Shown in pieces: positions 25,500 through 38,685 of a stretch of DNA of 64,000 bases. The DNA comes from Camelus ferus (taxonomy: Eukaryota), in contig NC_045696.1 in the NCBI RefSeq assembly GCF_009834535.1, forward strand, positions 113,028,001 through 113,092,000. Reading direction: 5' to 3'. Under the pieces are notes generated by a model, which saw only the letters and a program-made list of their open reading frames with translations, ran no database searches and was not told where the DNA came from. Within the stretch, counting starts at the first letter, position 1. Each line of letters opens with the position of its first letter. Made by a program: the position numbers and the translations under genes.

Positions 25500-25660
25500 C
25501 GAGCATCAGAATCTTGGCGAGTCACGTATTCCCGGCCCCTAACCCCAGAGCTTGGGATTCCACAGGTCTGGGGTAGGGCCCAGGAACATGCATTTGTAAC
25601 AAGCTTCCAAGTGATACTGAACCTGCTGGTCCATTGATTGCACTGAGGTCAAGCCAGCCA
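25500..25660. mobile_element. MER5A-like element
   Basis: aggtctggggtagggcccaggaacatgcatttgtaacaagcttccaagtgat. Confidence 0.75.
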
Positions 25661-25998
25661 GACACTCAGGGGCTGAACAATAAAATGTTATTCACTAGAA
25701 TTTCTATCCGATGTCCATTTGGACATGTGCATATAGATACAGTAGCAGTAACAGCATTACTGGCCATAGTGCTAATAATCAGAAGCAATAGTAATAATAA
25801 TAAGATTAATAATGAAATAACAAAAATAAATAAGAAGCGATTTTTCTTTCTGTGTTTTGACCAAAGTCTTGAACCTAGCCTTGCTAGAGGGAGACAAGAT
25901 TTCAGATGCACATATGTTATGAAATCATGAATTTTGAAAATGTCTCTTTAAATGGATGTATTACATTTTCAGCGAAAGCTGGGTCTTTAAGAACATAC

Positions 25999-26193
25999 CA
26001 GACTTTGTGATCCAGAAAAAGCTGTTTATTTTCCTCCCGCAGGGTATTATTTATCTTTGGCTAATAGATTCAGGCAAGCCATTTTTATAGGCTCACATGT
26101 TATCAAAAAGTGTTTTTATTGCTCAATCTAACTACTCCCTTTCTCAACCTATTGCATTAATCTTGCCTTTGGAGGCCAAGTATAAACTGGAGT
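25999..26193 (-). pseudogene. Cadherin pseudo-exon
   Basis: Acceptor cccttttatctag and donor gtatgt. Reads LQFIL..GVVRL..ACLNLLAKDK*YP. Confidence 0.7.
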
Positions 26194-26320
26194 CTAGATA
26201 AAAGGGTTTTTTTTTTTAAACCCCATTTGTGTTTTTCCTTTTTGTGTTAAATAATGAATACGGTAATTGGCGGTTAATGAGATGGAAGGGCAGCAGCCGC
26301 AGACACTTTGGGTTACTCAT

Positions 26321-26425
26321 GTCTCTGCACCGTTTTCATCTGGTCCTCATTTTCCCAACACCAGACCTATAATTATGCCAAAATTTATCCAAGCCAGAAA
26401 ATATTTTGTTTTTCCTTGTTGCTAC
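26321..26425 (-). pseudogene. Cadherin pseudo-exon with mutated donor
   Basis: Acceptor ttttatgatctgtag. Reads GIIIGLVLGK*GPDENGAE. Donor reads atgagt (GT>AT). Joins in frame to LQFIL of the next exon. Confidence 0.65.
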
Positions 26426-26802
26426 CTACAGATCATAAAATTATGGAAAGCAGACATGCAAAACTAATTTTAACCCCCCCCCCAGTGAAAATTCGGAGGG
26501 GTAATTCAGTAAGATATAATTAAAGGTGTATGAGTCAGATTTCAGAGATCACTGAGACATCTAGGAAGCCCCGGATTCAGCTGTTTGGCAGGATGTATCA
26601 ACCCTGCTTTGCAGATGAATTAGCCAAGGCTCAAAAAAGTAAAATAGAGATGAAGCCGGGATTTGAACTGGAGATCTAGCAGACCCTAAAATCGGTGCCT
26701 TGTCGAGGAGCTGGGCAGCTGTTTTTTTGCCTCTCTGAAGGGGTTGGTTTCTTCGTTTGTTTGTTTGTTTTTTAATTGTGGCTACCTTGAACTCTTGCAC
26801 AC

Positions 26803-26927
26803 CTGGTTGAGTGTTTTTCACAAGCTGTTAAAGCTTCATTTATGTTTGATTTGTGACATATCTTTCAATGACCACGTCCTTGCACGGTCATGTAGTGTAT
26901 TTTGATATACTAAATTTACACATGTAC
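26803..26927 (-). pseudogene. Cadherin pseudo-exon
   Basis: Acceptor attgtccttgctcag. Reads YMCKFSIS...YVT..NINEALTAC. Donor cag|gtgtgc. Confidence 0.55.
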
Positions 26928-27029
26928 CTGAGCAAGGACAATACATGCATTTTGCTTTTTACACAAAACAAAAAAAAAAGTATAAAAAGTCCAGATCTCA
27001 TGTTTACCCTATTGAAAATGTCAGTCTCA

Positions 27030-27425
27030 GAGATGATCATGCTAAGTGAAGTAAGTCAGATAAAGACAAACATCATATGATATCACTTATATATGGAATC
27101 TAAAAAATGACACAAATGAATTTATTTACAAAACAGAAAGAGACTCACACACAGAAAACTAATTTATGGTTACCAAAAGGGAAAGTCAGGGGAGAGATAA
27201 ATTGGAGTTTGGGATTAGCAGATACAAACTACTATATATAAAATAGGTAAACAACAAGTTCCTACTGTATAGCACAGGGAACTATATTCAATATCTTATA
27301 ACCTATAATGAAAAAGAATATATATATATATTTTTATATATAACTTAATCACTATGCCATAAACCAGAAACTAACACAACATTGTAAATCAACTATACTT
27401 CAATAAAAAAATTAAAATTAAAAAA
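27030..27425 (+). mobile_element. L1 3'UTR fragment
   Basis: ctaagtgaagtaagtcaga...aactatacttcaataaaaaa. Confidence 0.9.
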
Positions 27426-27626
27426 TTTTTAAACTCAGTCTTTGTTTCCATTCAAGTGCTAATCTTTCTAAAAATGTCCCTCACGTTGAAGGACATCCAA
27501 AAGGCAGTAACTTATTAGAACCTTGGGCTCAGGTTACACATGCGTCTGGTTAGCTCCGCATTAAAGTTCAAATTATCTTGGACTGATTTTAAATATTTGT
27601 ACAGGAACACTGATTAGGTTACTCAC

Positions 27627-27767
27627 GTGTTGCCTCATAACCATCCACTAATAACCTCTTTGGTCTCCGATTGCTAACTCCAAGTGTTCCAGTGAGCTCG
27701 GAGCAAAGCTACACAGCTTCAGTGTTCAGAGCTGTCAGATGACGTCTTTAAGACTTGAAAGCCTTGA
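27627..27767 (-). pseudogene. Cadherin pseudo-exon
   Basis: Acceptor ttctaattccttttctaag and donor gtgagt. Reads ELTGTLGVSN...LVDGYEAT. Confidence 0.65.
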
Positions 27768-28177
27768 CTTAGAAAAGGAATTAGAAACTGATTTTGAAAA
27801 CTGACTTTATTCTGTGCACAGAAGAGCTGAAAAGGAAGTTCTGATGAGGTAATGTCCTTCCTCACCGCCCCTCCTGCTTTTTCTGTGCTTACTCTTTCCT
27901 GATTGTTGACATCTAAACTGGAGACCAATAGCACCACGTAGGGGAGAGGATGCTGGTGTGGGAGTCAGGATACCTGGGATTTAGTTCTGGTTCGTTCAGC
28001 TCATGACCTTAGACAGTCATTGAGTTTCTCTGGGCGTTGGTTTCTATAAATGAGAAAGTGACACAAGCCACTGCTAAGCTGTGCGCTCTGCCAAGAGGAG
28101 CGAAACTCGCGAGCAGACAGCAGATCCAGGGATGGGTTACATAGATGCCCACCTCCCTTCTTTCTTGCCCTGCAGCA

Positions 28178-28351
28178 GAGCTGGCTCCTTGCGCTGCAGC
28201 CCATGTGGTCATGCCGGCCCCACACTCTGCAGGCCTCTGTACCTGGGCCAAAGCTTTCCTGTCACTGTCTTGAAATCCTTGCTGATTTTTGAACAAGGGC
28301 CCTGCGTTTTCATGTTGCTCTGCATCAGACGAATGATGTCTGTGGTCTTGC
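28178..28351. mobile_element. MER91A-like DNA transposon
   Basis: gtcttgaaatccttgctgatttttgaacaagggccctgcgttttcat. Confidence 0.65.
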
Positions 28352-28584
28352 CTTTCAGTAATACAGTTCTTGCCAGGGTGTCTACCAGCTGAAAAAAGGA
28401 GTCATAACCCCAAATTTGTCACTTTTGCCATCATTGTATCTTGTGGGTAGACTGGGAAAGCAAAATACTGACAAAAATATAAATGTGGATTTTTTGGTTA
28501 TTTTTCAATGATCTGAGTTTGGGGTGATTTTTTTGTTTGTTTTTTTATTTTTTCTTTTAAAAAATTTTTTTTAAAAGTTTAAAA

Positions 28585-28775
28585 TTTTTTTATTGAAGTA
28601 TAGTTGATTTACAGTGTTTCAGGTGTAGAGCAAAGTGATTAGTTATATATGTATATACACAGATATATTATTTTTCAGATTCTTTTCCATTATAGCTTAT
28701 TACAAGGCACTGACTATAGTTCCCTGTGTGATACAGTAGGTCCTTGTTGTTTATTTTATATATAATAGTGTGTAT
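28585..28775 (-). mobile_element. L1 3'UTR fragment
   Basis: tttttattgaagtatagttgatttaca...acagtaggtccttgttg. Confidence 0.85.
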
Positions 28776-28870
28776 GATCTGAGTTTTTATTGTCTACATT
28801 TTCCTTTTTTCATTCCTCCCAACTCAATCCCATTTTCTTTTAAAAACAAGAGCTAACTGCTGGTATCTAC

Positions 28871-29069
28871 CATCAGGTATTTTCAGTCTCCCCACCCAAT
28901 ACCATTCCTGCAGCAGCCACATAATCAGATGTAGTACAATGTGGAGGACCCTCGATAGGCTGGAGAGGAGGCTTCTCTTGCACCAGCAGCAGCTCTGCCC
29001 TGTTCAAGTGAGCTTCTCTCCCCTTTGAGGATGGAACCGCCACCTCAAACTGGAAGAGCTCAATCCTAT
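28871..29069 (-). pseudogene. Cadherin pseudo-exon (3' end uncertain)
   Basis: Acceptor aaatccctttttag. Open frame ELFQFEVAV...LQPIEGPPHCTTSDY resembles the xDVNEPPxC linker of CDHR3-type repeats. Confidence 0.5.
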
Positions 29070-29294
29070 CTAAAAAGGGATTTGCTGTACGTGCTAAAAT
29101 GCACATTCACATGGGGCCAGCTTGATTGCACATGTTAACACTGATAAAAATTCCTCTGTGATTGCAAGGAACGCTTTCTTGGTTGATCCATTATTGCAGG
29201 CCAGAGATGAAGCAGCAAAAGAAAAAGAAAGAGGGAAGTGCTTCTAGGGGAGAAACTTGGAGCAGATCTCTAAGCAACTAAACGGCCAATTTAC

Positions 29295-29680
29295 ATATTA
29301 TATCCTTGATAACACACTGCTTTGATGGGCTACTCCAGACTGTGTTTTTTCAAAGTATTGAACATGCCAAATCAATCCTCAAATACTTTTCTTTTCTTTC
29401 ACAAATCCAGTGTTCATAATCTTCCAAAAAGCTGTCTGTTTGCCCTCAGTCTGTAAAGTTTTAATCTATTTACTTAAAACTTGATAGTAGCTGCCTTTTC
29501 ATTATATTAACAATAGCTGAATGTTTTTAAGTATTCAGTCTTTCCCTCATAAAATGGAATTTAAGTGACAGTCTCTATGTTGAGTTCTAATTGCTACCCT
29601 GACTTCTGACTTACAGATTGGAAAGTGTGTCACTTTTATTTTTTAAATCACATAGACTGGTGTTTTGATTCTCAATGGTG
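29295..29680 (-). pseudogene. Two small cadherin pseudo-exons (29680-29615 and 29450-29295)
   Basis: First: ctttcttccctgtttttaag | ...KTPVYVI..SDTLS | gtaagt. Second: aactttacag | ..AFWKIMNTGFVKEKKSI.. | gtaaat. Confidence 0.45.
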
Positions 29681-29848
29681 CTTAAAAACAGGGAAGAAAG
29701 CACTGGTAAATTTTTAAAGGGAATTCACTTGGTCATTCAACATTTTCTATCTGGTATTGATACCAGCAAAGCAGTAGTCCCAGCTTCCATGTTTGGGGCT
29801 CTTTTGTTGAATTATTCCAAAGATAAATGAATGGTTTTGGGAATTTAA

Positions 29849-32806
29849 AATTTTTTTTCAGTTTTATTAGGTAGAATTCTTATAATTTGACTGCACATAT
29901 ACAATATATTGCATGTAAATACATATAAAAATATACTGTACATATTTTTTAGAATTTACATATATGTACTGTTCGTTGTTTCTAAGAACGTTTAAACCTT
30001 TAGCTTTTTAAACTTACATAGTTGTCAAAGGAATAAAGCCAACTACCAAAAAAGATTAATTCAAAAAGATACATATACCCCGCTATTAACAGCAACATTA
30101 TTTATAATTGCCAAGATATGGAAGCATCCTAAGTGCACATGAACAGATGAATGGATAAAGAAGCAGTATATATATACATAATGGAATATAACTCACCCAT
30201 AAGAAAGGATATTTTGCCATTTGCAGTGCTTCATTCACTTTTGTTTTTCTTTTCACTTCAAAAACCAGAATTTTATAACTGGCATAAGCATTTCCATTGC
30301 ATCAAAAATAACAAAATACCTAGAAATAAATTTAACCAAGGAAGTTACCTACACTCTGAAAACTGTAAAACATTGATGAAGGAAATTGAAGATGACACAA
30401 AGAAATGGAAAGATATCTTGTGCTCTTGAATTGGAAGAATCAACACTATCAAAATGGCCACAGTACCCAAAGCAATCCACAGATCCAGTGCAACCCTGTC
30501 AAAATAAATTTTTCACAGAACTAGAACAAACAATTTCAAAATTTATATGGGACCATAAAAGACCCTGAACTGCCAAAGAAATCTTTTGTAGGTCTTTTTT
30601 TTTTTTTTTCCCCCTCTTTCTTCTTTTTGTTCTCTTTTATTATGGTTTGATGACTAGATAAGGTCCTTTAAGATTTGTTGTAAAGCTGGTTTGGTGGTGC
30701 TGAATTCTTTTAATTTTTGTTTATCTGTGAAGCTTTTGATTTCTCCATCAAATCTGAATGAGAGCCTTGCTGGATAGAGTATTCTTCATTCTAAGTTTTT
30801 CCCTTTCATCACTTAAAATATATCATGCCACTCCCCTTCTGGCTTGGAGTGTTTCTGCTGAAAAATCAGCTGATAACCTTATGGGAGCTCCCTTGTATGT
30901 TATTTGTTGCTTTTCTCTTGCTAATTTTAATATTTTCTCCCTGTCCTTAATTTTTGTCAATATGATGACTATGTGCCTTGGTGTGTTCCTTTTTGGGTTG
31001 ATCCTGTGTGGTACCCTCCATTTCTCCTGGACTTGGGTGACTGTTTCCTTTCCCAAGTTGGGGATGTTTTCAGTGATCTTCTCTCCCAAAATTTTCTCAA
31101 GTCCTTTCTCTCTCTCTTATCTTTCTAGGATGCCTATAATGCAAATATTAGTGTGCTTTATGTTGTCCCAGAGTTCTCTTAAACTGTTATCATTTCTTTT
31201 CATTCTTTTTTCTTGTTTCTGTTCTGCAGTAGTGATTTCCACTAATCTGTCTTCTAGCTCACTGATCCATTTTTCTGCCTCATTTAGTCTACTTTTAGTT
31301 CCTTCTAGTGTGTTATTCATTTGAGTGATTTTATTCTTCAACTCTGTTTGGGTATTCTTTATATTTTCCAACTCTTTGCTAAAAACCTCGCTCTAGGCAT
31401 CTATACTCCTCTTGAGTTCTCTGAACATCTTGGCCATCATTACTTTAAACTCTTTCTCAAATAAATTGCCTATCTCATCACTTATTTCTTCCAGGATTTT
31501 ATTTTGTGCCTTGGCCTGGGAGACATTCCATTGCCACTTCATATTGTTTATCTTTCTATGTGTATTTCTAGGTAGGTTAGTTACATTTCTTGACCTTGAA
31601 GAGGTGGCCCTCTGTGGGAGACGTCCTATGCGTCCCAGCAGGACACTCCTCTCTTGTCACCCAAGGGTCGGGGTCCAGCCAGTCACAGTGTAGAGTCTGG
31701 CCTGTGTTTCTGGATTCCTTCCACAGGCTTTGGGGTTGTTGTTTTCTTATTTCTTGTATCTGCTCCTGGTGGATGAGGCAGGGTTCCTGGCAGGAGGAGC
31801 CAGTGCCTGCCCACTGCTGGGTGAAGCTTGGTCCTGGACCTCTGGTGAGTAAGGCCTTGTCTATAGGCGTTGGTGGCCTAGGAAGTCTGCTGATGGGTGG
31901 GGCTGTGTTCCCACTCTGTATGTTGTTTGGCCTGAGGCTTCCCTACAGGCTGTTGGATGGGGCTGTGTCTTGGTGCTAATGATCCAATCAATATGTCAGC
32001 CTCCAGGAAAGCTCATGTAGATGAACACTCCCATAATGTTTACCACCAGCCTTTATGTTCCCTGGCTGAGCCACAGCCATCCCCCACACCCCCAGGAGAC
32101 CCTCCAAAAACCAGCAGGCAGGCCTGGCCCAGGTTCCTATGAAATCACTGCCTCTGCCCTTGGACCTGGCACACTCGAGATTCTATGTATGCTTCCCAAG
32201 AGAGTGAAGTCTCTGTTTCCCCTAGTCCCATGGGGCTCCTGGAGTTAAGCCGCACTGGCCTTCAAAACCAGATGTCCTGAGATCTCCTCCTCCTCCCAAT
32301 ACTGGAACCCCTGGCTGGGGAGCCCAACGTGGGGCTCAAACTCTCACTCCTGTGGGAGGACCTCTGCCACTCAGTTATCCTTCAGCTTGTGGGTCGCCAA
32401 CCCGGGAGGTATGGGGACTGATTATATCTCAGACACACTCGTCCTACCATTCTGTTGTGGTTCCCTCTTTATGTTTCCATTTGAAGGTCTTTTTTGCTAG
32501 ATTCCAGTCTTTTTTCCTATGATTGTTTAGCAGTCAGTTGTGGTTTCTTTGTAGTCACGAGGAGGGGCAAGCTCATGGTCCTACCACTCTGCCATCTTGA
32601 CCAATAAAAAATAATTGGGGATTTATTTTTTTTAAACAACTTTATTGTGGTATCATATCTGTAAACTACACATATTTCAGATGTACAATTTGATGAACTT
32701 GATAGATGTATGCATCTGTGAAACGACCACCACCATCAAGATAAACATTTCCGTGACTCCCCAAGAGATGCAAATTTCGAACTCCCAACTTATCCCTTCT
32801 CACCCT
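29849..32806. mobile_element. Composite L1 block: + ORF2/3' fragments (30050-30590), - 5'UTR + ORF1 (30600-32605), - 3' end (32626-32800)
   Basis: ORF1-like peptides (NTPRHIVIILTKIKDREKILK; ISELEDRLVEIT); L1 5' start tcaagatggc on the - strand at ~32600. Confidence 0.85.
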
Positions 32807-32957
32807 TTTGGGGATTTTAGATGAAAAGAATCAAAGTGAAACTCCTCAAATATTAGGTATATGGTTTGGTTCCATGCATTTTATTTCAGAATAAATAAAC
32901 CTGTGAGCATTACTTTACAAAGATTCCAAAATAAGAACCACAGAAACATGAACATAC

Positions 32958-33098
32958 AGTTCCTTGTGAAGAGAGAAGAAATCAGAAGTTCAGGTATCCA
33001 CCCAGTGGGAGCATAATGTTTCTCCTCGGTGTCCTCCAGGGGGTGAGGCCACCCAGTCAGCTTCTTCTCATAACTGTTGGTCTCTGCTATGGAGTGAC
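32958..33098 (-). pseudogene. Cadherin pseudo-exon
   Basis: Reads HSIAET..LEDT..GETLCS..LGGY..SDFFSLHKE. Donor gtatgt. Confidence 0.5.
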
Positions 33099-33319
33099 CT
33101 TAAAGGTCCTGACCATGGTGATTCTGACATAATTGGTCTTGGATGTGGCCTAGGCTTCGGGAGTTAAGAAGTACCCCCAGGTGATTTCAAGGGGCAACCA
33201 AGACTGAGAACCAAGGTCTAGAATGTTGTTTTTTTAAAAGATATATAATTAAATTTTTTAATACATAGTAAATATACAAATAAATATGTTAAGTATATAT
33301 TAATATAATATATAATAAG

Positions 33320-34580
33320 CTCCTTTATTGAGATATAGCCACGTACTATACTCTTCACCCATTTAAAGTGTACAATTCAGTGGTTTTTAATATATTCCCA
33401 GAGTTGTACCACCATCGTCACAATCAAATTTACATTTCCATCACCCTCCTAAACAACTGATCAGCAGTCACTCCTCATTCCTCCCCCACCCCAGCCCTGG
33501 ACAACCACTGACCAACCGTCTGCCTCTGTAGATTTGCCTATTTTGGATGTTTCATGTAAACAGAGTCATATCATAGATGGCCTTTTGTGACTGAATTCTT
33601 TCAATTAGCATAATGTTTACAAGGTTCATACAAATTGTACCATATATCATTACTTCATTCCTTTTTATTGCCAAATAATATCCCATTGCATGGATATACC
33701 ACATTTTGCTTAGCTATTCACCATTGTGTGGATATTTAGGTTGTTCTTCGTTTTGGCTGTTGTGAATAATGCTGCTACAAACATTTGTGCACAAGTTTTT
33801 GCATGCACATATGTTTTTGTTTCTCTTGGATATGTATCTAAGAGTAGAATTACTGGGTTCTGTGGTTACTTTATGCTTAGCTTTTAAGGGACTGTCAGGC
33901 TATTCTCCAAGGCAGCTGCACCATTTTCCATTCGCGTCAGTGGTGCATGAGGTTTCCAATTCCTCTATATCCTTGCCACCACTTGTTGTTATTTCTCCTT
34001 TTGATGATAGTCAAGGACGGCCGATTTCAGCACACACCATTCAAACACATGCCATTAAGAAATGGGTGTGAAATGGTATCTCTGTAATTTTGCTTTGTGT
34101 TTCCCCTGTGGCTAATGATGTTGAACATCTTTTCATATGCTTATTGTCCATTTGTATATCTTTAAGAAATGTCTGTTTAAGTCCCTCACCCATTTTCTAA
34201 TTGAGTTATTTGTTTTTTTCATTATTGACTTGTAAGAGTTCTTTATATCATCTAGATACAAGTTCCATATATAGAAATGTGATTTGCAAATACTTTCTTC
34301 CACACAGTGTGAGCTGTCCACTTTCTTGAAGGTCTCCACTGAAGCACAAAAGTTTTTAATTTTGATGAAATCAATTCATTTTTTTCTCTGATGCTTGGGC
34401 TTTTGGTGTTCTATCCAAAAAAGCTTTGCATAACCCAAGGTAATGAAAAATTCCTCCTACACTTACTTCTAAGAGTTTTGCAGATTTCACTTTTACATGT
34501 AGGTCTGTAATCCACTTTGAGTTAATTTTTCTGTATGGTGTGAGGAAGGGGTCCGACTTCATTCTTTGTATGTGGATATC
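33320..34580 (-). mobile_element. L1MB-like 3' fragment
   Basis: ttcacccatttaaagtgtacaattcagtgg...; ORF2-like peptide KINSKWITDL. Confidence 0.9.
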
Positions 34581-34689
34581 TTAGGATGAGTTTTTAAAAT
34601 AGCCTCCTCACTAATGGTTAGGGAACATCCTGCTGAAAATCAGCAGTGTGATGGGCTTCATGGGGCTTGGCACATGGGTGCTTCTACCA

Positions 34690-37600
34690 GAGATGAATCA
34701 CCAGAGAATTCCAGCTTCTCTTGCTGCTCTCCCTCAGTAAACCTGCACGCTGGTTGAAAGCATAAGCACACACTTGGAACTACCAAAGAACAATTTTACA
34801 CAGTCTCTGGTCTGAGGACTCCCTGTTAGGGAGGCACTTAGGAATTAAGGGAAGAGTCATATGAATCACAAAAGCCCTCAGAAGGAGTAAAGTTCACTTT
34901 TCTGCACTGATCCATGCAAAACACACTTAAATTACAGTGTGTGACCTGTAAGCCAGGAAACACCTAGCTGGATGCTATGGTACTATTTGAGGATGTTTCA
35001 TTGCTTTGTGCTTTTTCCTGTTTGAATGAAAGAAGGACCCTTCCTGAGACTTGTGAGTTGGAAGTTATTTCTGGGAAGGTTATGAAAATGTCTTAGCTGA
35101 AAATGCTAAAGAAAACAGCAGATAAACCATTCCTCTAGAAGGCCCTTGAGTGAAATTTTGTCCAAAGTAGAGGGGAATGTTCTGTGCTGCTGTGTGGGTG
35201 GCAGGTGGGATTGAGAACAATTATACCAGTAGGTAGGGAAACCACCACCAGTCAAGCCACTGAACTGAGAGCCCAAGTTTAGAAACAGGTCAAGTTCTTC
35301 CCCTCTCTTCAGCTCTAAAAGTATTGATTGTTATGCACAGACGTTCATCTTGCACAGTCTCTGCATGCTCATTTAGGAAGGGAACATACATGACAAGGGC
35401 TTACTAACTGCTGAGCTTAAGGAGGACAAGCTAATGGATGCTTTAGGGGACTGTGCTAAAACTTCCATCATTTCCCATAAATCCCCTGGGCAAATACGAT
35501 TTTGTCCCAAGAAGGCAGCAAGGAAAATAGGCATAGAATCATGTAGACCTGGGTCCAAATCCTGGCTCTATAACACAATCTGGGTTTTCCAGTGAAATAT
35601 TTAAATTATTTGTGCCTCATTCTCCTCTTCTATATTATAGGAATATAAAAATGTGAATTATGGTCCTCACTGGACAAACTCAAATAACAAATGTAAATCC
35701 CTGTTCCACACCAAGACTTAGATACTTTATTTCTTCCTCTCTTCCAATACCAAAGACATGGTAGGTCCCCAATTGCAAAACTCGTATTTTGGGGCCTTAA
35801 ATCCAAGGATTCAAAGGACTGTTAGCCAAAAAGGAGGTTGAATTTATGCTTGGACATGTCAGACCCCTCTCTCGTATCATTCTGTTCCTTCAATGGTCTC
35901 GAAGCCCTTGTCTCTTGGCACATTATAGGACCTCACTTAATGGGATCTTCCTGCCACCTTAAGAAAAACATCACCACTGTCCATGACTTTGGTGGTAAGT
36001 CAGCACTCCAGTGAATGACTCAGCTGTTTGAAACAACAGGTATTTATTTCTTTTTATCTGAATATGTAAAGATGAAATGCAGCATTCTGAGTCCATCATT
36101 TGGTTGCAGTAAGCACTGGAATGTATTATGAGCTTGTCTGTGCACTAACCTCCACTGGTGCCCCCAGAGCTTGTTTATGTAGATATGTATTGGCCATAAG
36201 GTTGGAACTAAGCCCGAGCTTCCCTGAGATGCTTTTTTGGGAAGTTAATTGTTCAGCAGGAATATCTGTTTGACTGTCAGTGGGAGGGAGCATTTATCAT
36301 GACAAGCGTGTGAGGCCTTGCACAGAGGAAGTTACTGGAAGGATGTGTGGGGTCTGGCTTGGTTCTCCAAGTGACTTTGAGTGTTTAATGCTCTCCAGCA
36401 CTTCCATTGTCTCTGTATGATGTGGATGTCCTGATCTTCTGCCTTGGGCCTCCCAAGAATGTCCTAAAGATTATCCATAAGATAACAGGCAAGAAGGATT
36501 TCACTCTAAGAACAATGTACACATTCATGTAGTGGCATCTCTATTATTCATATTCCCATGGAATTCAGTCCAGTTGTTCTTTGCAAAAACTCAGATCTTT
36601 CCTTAATGATGATGTGTCAAAAAATGGGAACAGTGAATTTAAGAACTATAATTGAGTGACTATCAAAAGAAACAGTAATTCAATAAGGAATTTAGAATTT
36701 ATTTTCACAAGGCCACGTTATCATAGATGTCCTTTCTTAACACTCTGTGGATGTAGGTAGAGATATTAAAAAATAGAATAAACTACTTATTTTTCATATC
36801 AAGAGAGAGCAGAGGTATACTGAAATTCCAAGCAGTATATGTTCCAAACCTCTGAAAAATCCTTTCTGAAATTTAGTCTGGTATATATAAATCTAGACAT
36901 ATAAGTACAAATGTTACTCATACAACTATATGTAAACTCCAAACTATTTGATTTTGTGATGCAGTCAGTTGTAACTGAAGATGCATTTAAATACACTCCC
37001 TGTTTCTACAGGAGTTCAGCATATCCCCTTGGAAAATGTAGGACTTTGCTTTATAACAGGAAAAAAAAGAAACAGTGAAGAGTTATTTGAGGATGATTTA
37101 CAGTTGAATATAACTTTAACTTTTTCAGGTGGAGAAGTTCATAGTGTTACTTTAAATTAAATTTAGAATTTTCATCTGGGAACAAAATATAGCCAAACCC
37201 TTAATAATTCAACAAAATAAAATAGTGTGTATCTTTCTGAGACTTGGAAGAAATAAAATAAAACCTTTTGTGTGGTTGTAAGAATCAAATGAAAAGACGG
37301 ACACAATTGTGCTTCAGAAATGGCAACAAGGTACCCAAGAAGATTCCTAGAGCCTAGTGGTAAGGAGTCTGGCTTTGGAGTCAGATCCGCATGTCCCAGT
37401 TGCATCATGACTGCTCTCATGTAAAATTGTCAGGATAATGCCCGGGGTATAGAAAGTGCTCAACTAATGTTGGTGATGACTATAATGATAGTGGTGATGA
37501 AGACAGTGCAAATGTATTGGGGAAGGTGAGAGCACAAGAGGGAAAAATATTTGTTTTTGATAATGGGAGATAGCTCAGCTAACCCAAACTGTTTAAAGAG

Positions 37601-38685
37601 GAGTAAACAGACTATTAGAAACCAGTTAGGTTTGGAATTAGGTTAGAAAATGATCCCCAGTTCATAAATATATTCTAAGTTGAGACAATTGTCCTTCTTG
37701 ATCCAGGTAGAAATATTAGTAGCAGCAGCATTTATCATAGTTTAAAAATGAAATATTTTGAGCAGTTATTGCACATTTACTATGGAGCCATGAAGCTGTG
37801 GTTTAAAAACAAAGTTTAGTAAGGAATCACCATCTCTGGATTTAACAATAGGTATCAGAGATTATGAGATGATGACATGGGATAATAAATATTTTTACTG
37901 CCATGAATCTGGGGTGACTGCATTATTCAAGAATGGTAAATAGAACAGCCTGTCTCCAAGGAAAGAGGGATATATCTCCACAAGACCTTTTCCAAAGCTG
38001 AACTGTAGTTTTTCTTTATAACTTTGACCATATTTTACTACCCAGTTTCTAAGACAGTGGCTAACTATTCCCAACTGGAAAGCCAGAGCCACCTGGGCCT
38101 CCCCTCCCTGTGGCTCTGGTGTACCACATGCGTTGTGGGGAGCAGTCCACTGCTCCCCAGAGAAGCTTCCCAAGGCCAGCTCTGCCCATTCACCTGCCCC
38201 GCATGCTCCACTGCTGCTTCTGCCCAGCCGGACAATGAGCCTTGGCTCTGCCTGGGATCCCCCTCCTTCCTTGCTGCCACAGGCACAGGAGAGTTAAATA
38301 GCCCCTGAACAGGTTCAGCTTTGCTTCTCCACCAGCTAAGGGATGTTGTCTATGGGGCCATCTTAGATCTGCCAAAATTATTCCAGCAATCCTTGGCAAA
38401 AGCCCAGGCTGTGAATTCTTCTTGCTAAAAATGGAGAATTGGGGCCAATATTCTTACTATGATTGTCTTAATTCCAAGAGTTTAAAAATAATATACATAC
38501 CCACATACATATATATATACACACACGCACATATTCAGGGAAAGCTGGGCAACCAGGCTGAGAGGCTGGATAAAAACAGAGCAGCTGTGATGGTCTTAAG
38601 TCTGAGACGGCTGCCTTACCTGTGATTTCTTTGAACTCTAGGCCTGAGGATGCAGGGCCATAAAGCAGAGTTGACAAGTGTTGAG
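34690..38685 (-). pseudogene. Candidate 5' pseudo-exons (38685-38620, 38048-37899, 37005-~36917, 36223-36150, 35957-35751, ~34822-34690)
   Basis: Consensus donor cag|gtaagg at 38619 after LSTLLYGPASSGLEFKEIT. Then VKVIKKN..GDRLFYL..QIHG|KTG..VYLN, GLSSNLM..GAPV, QNTSFAIG, FQVCAY. These motifs are weaker than the downstream ones. Confidence 0.4.
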
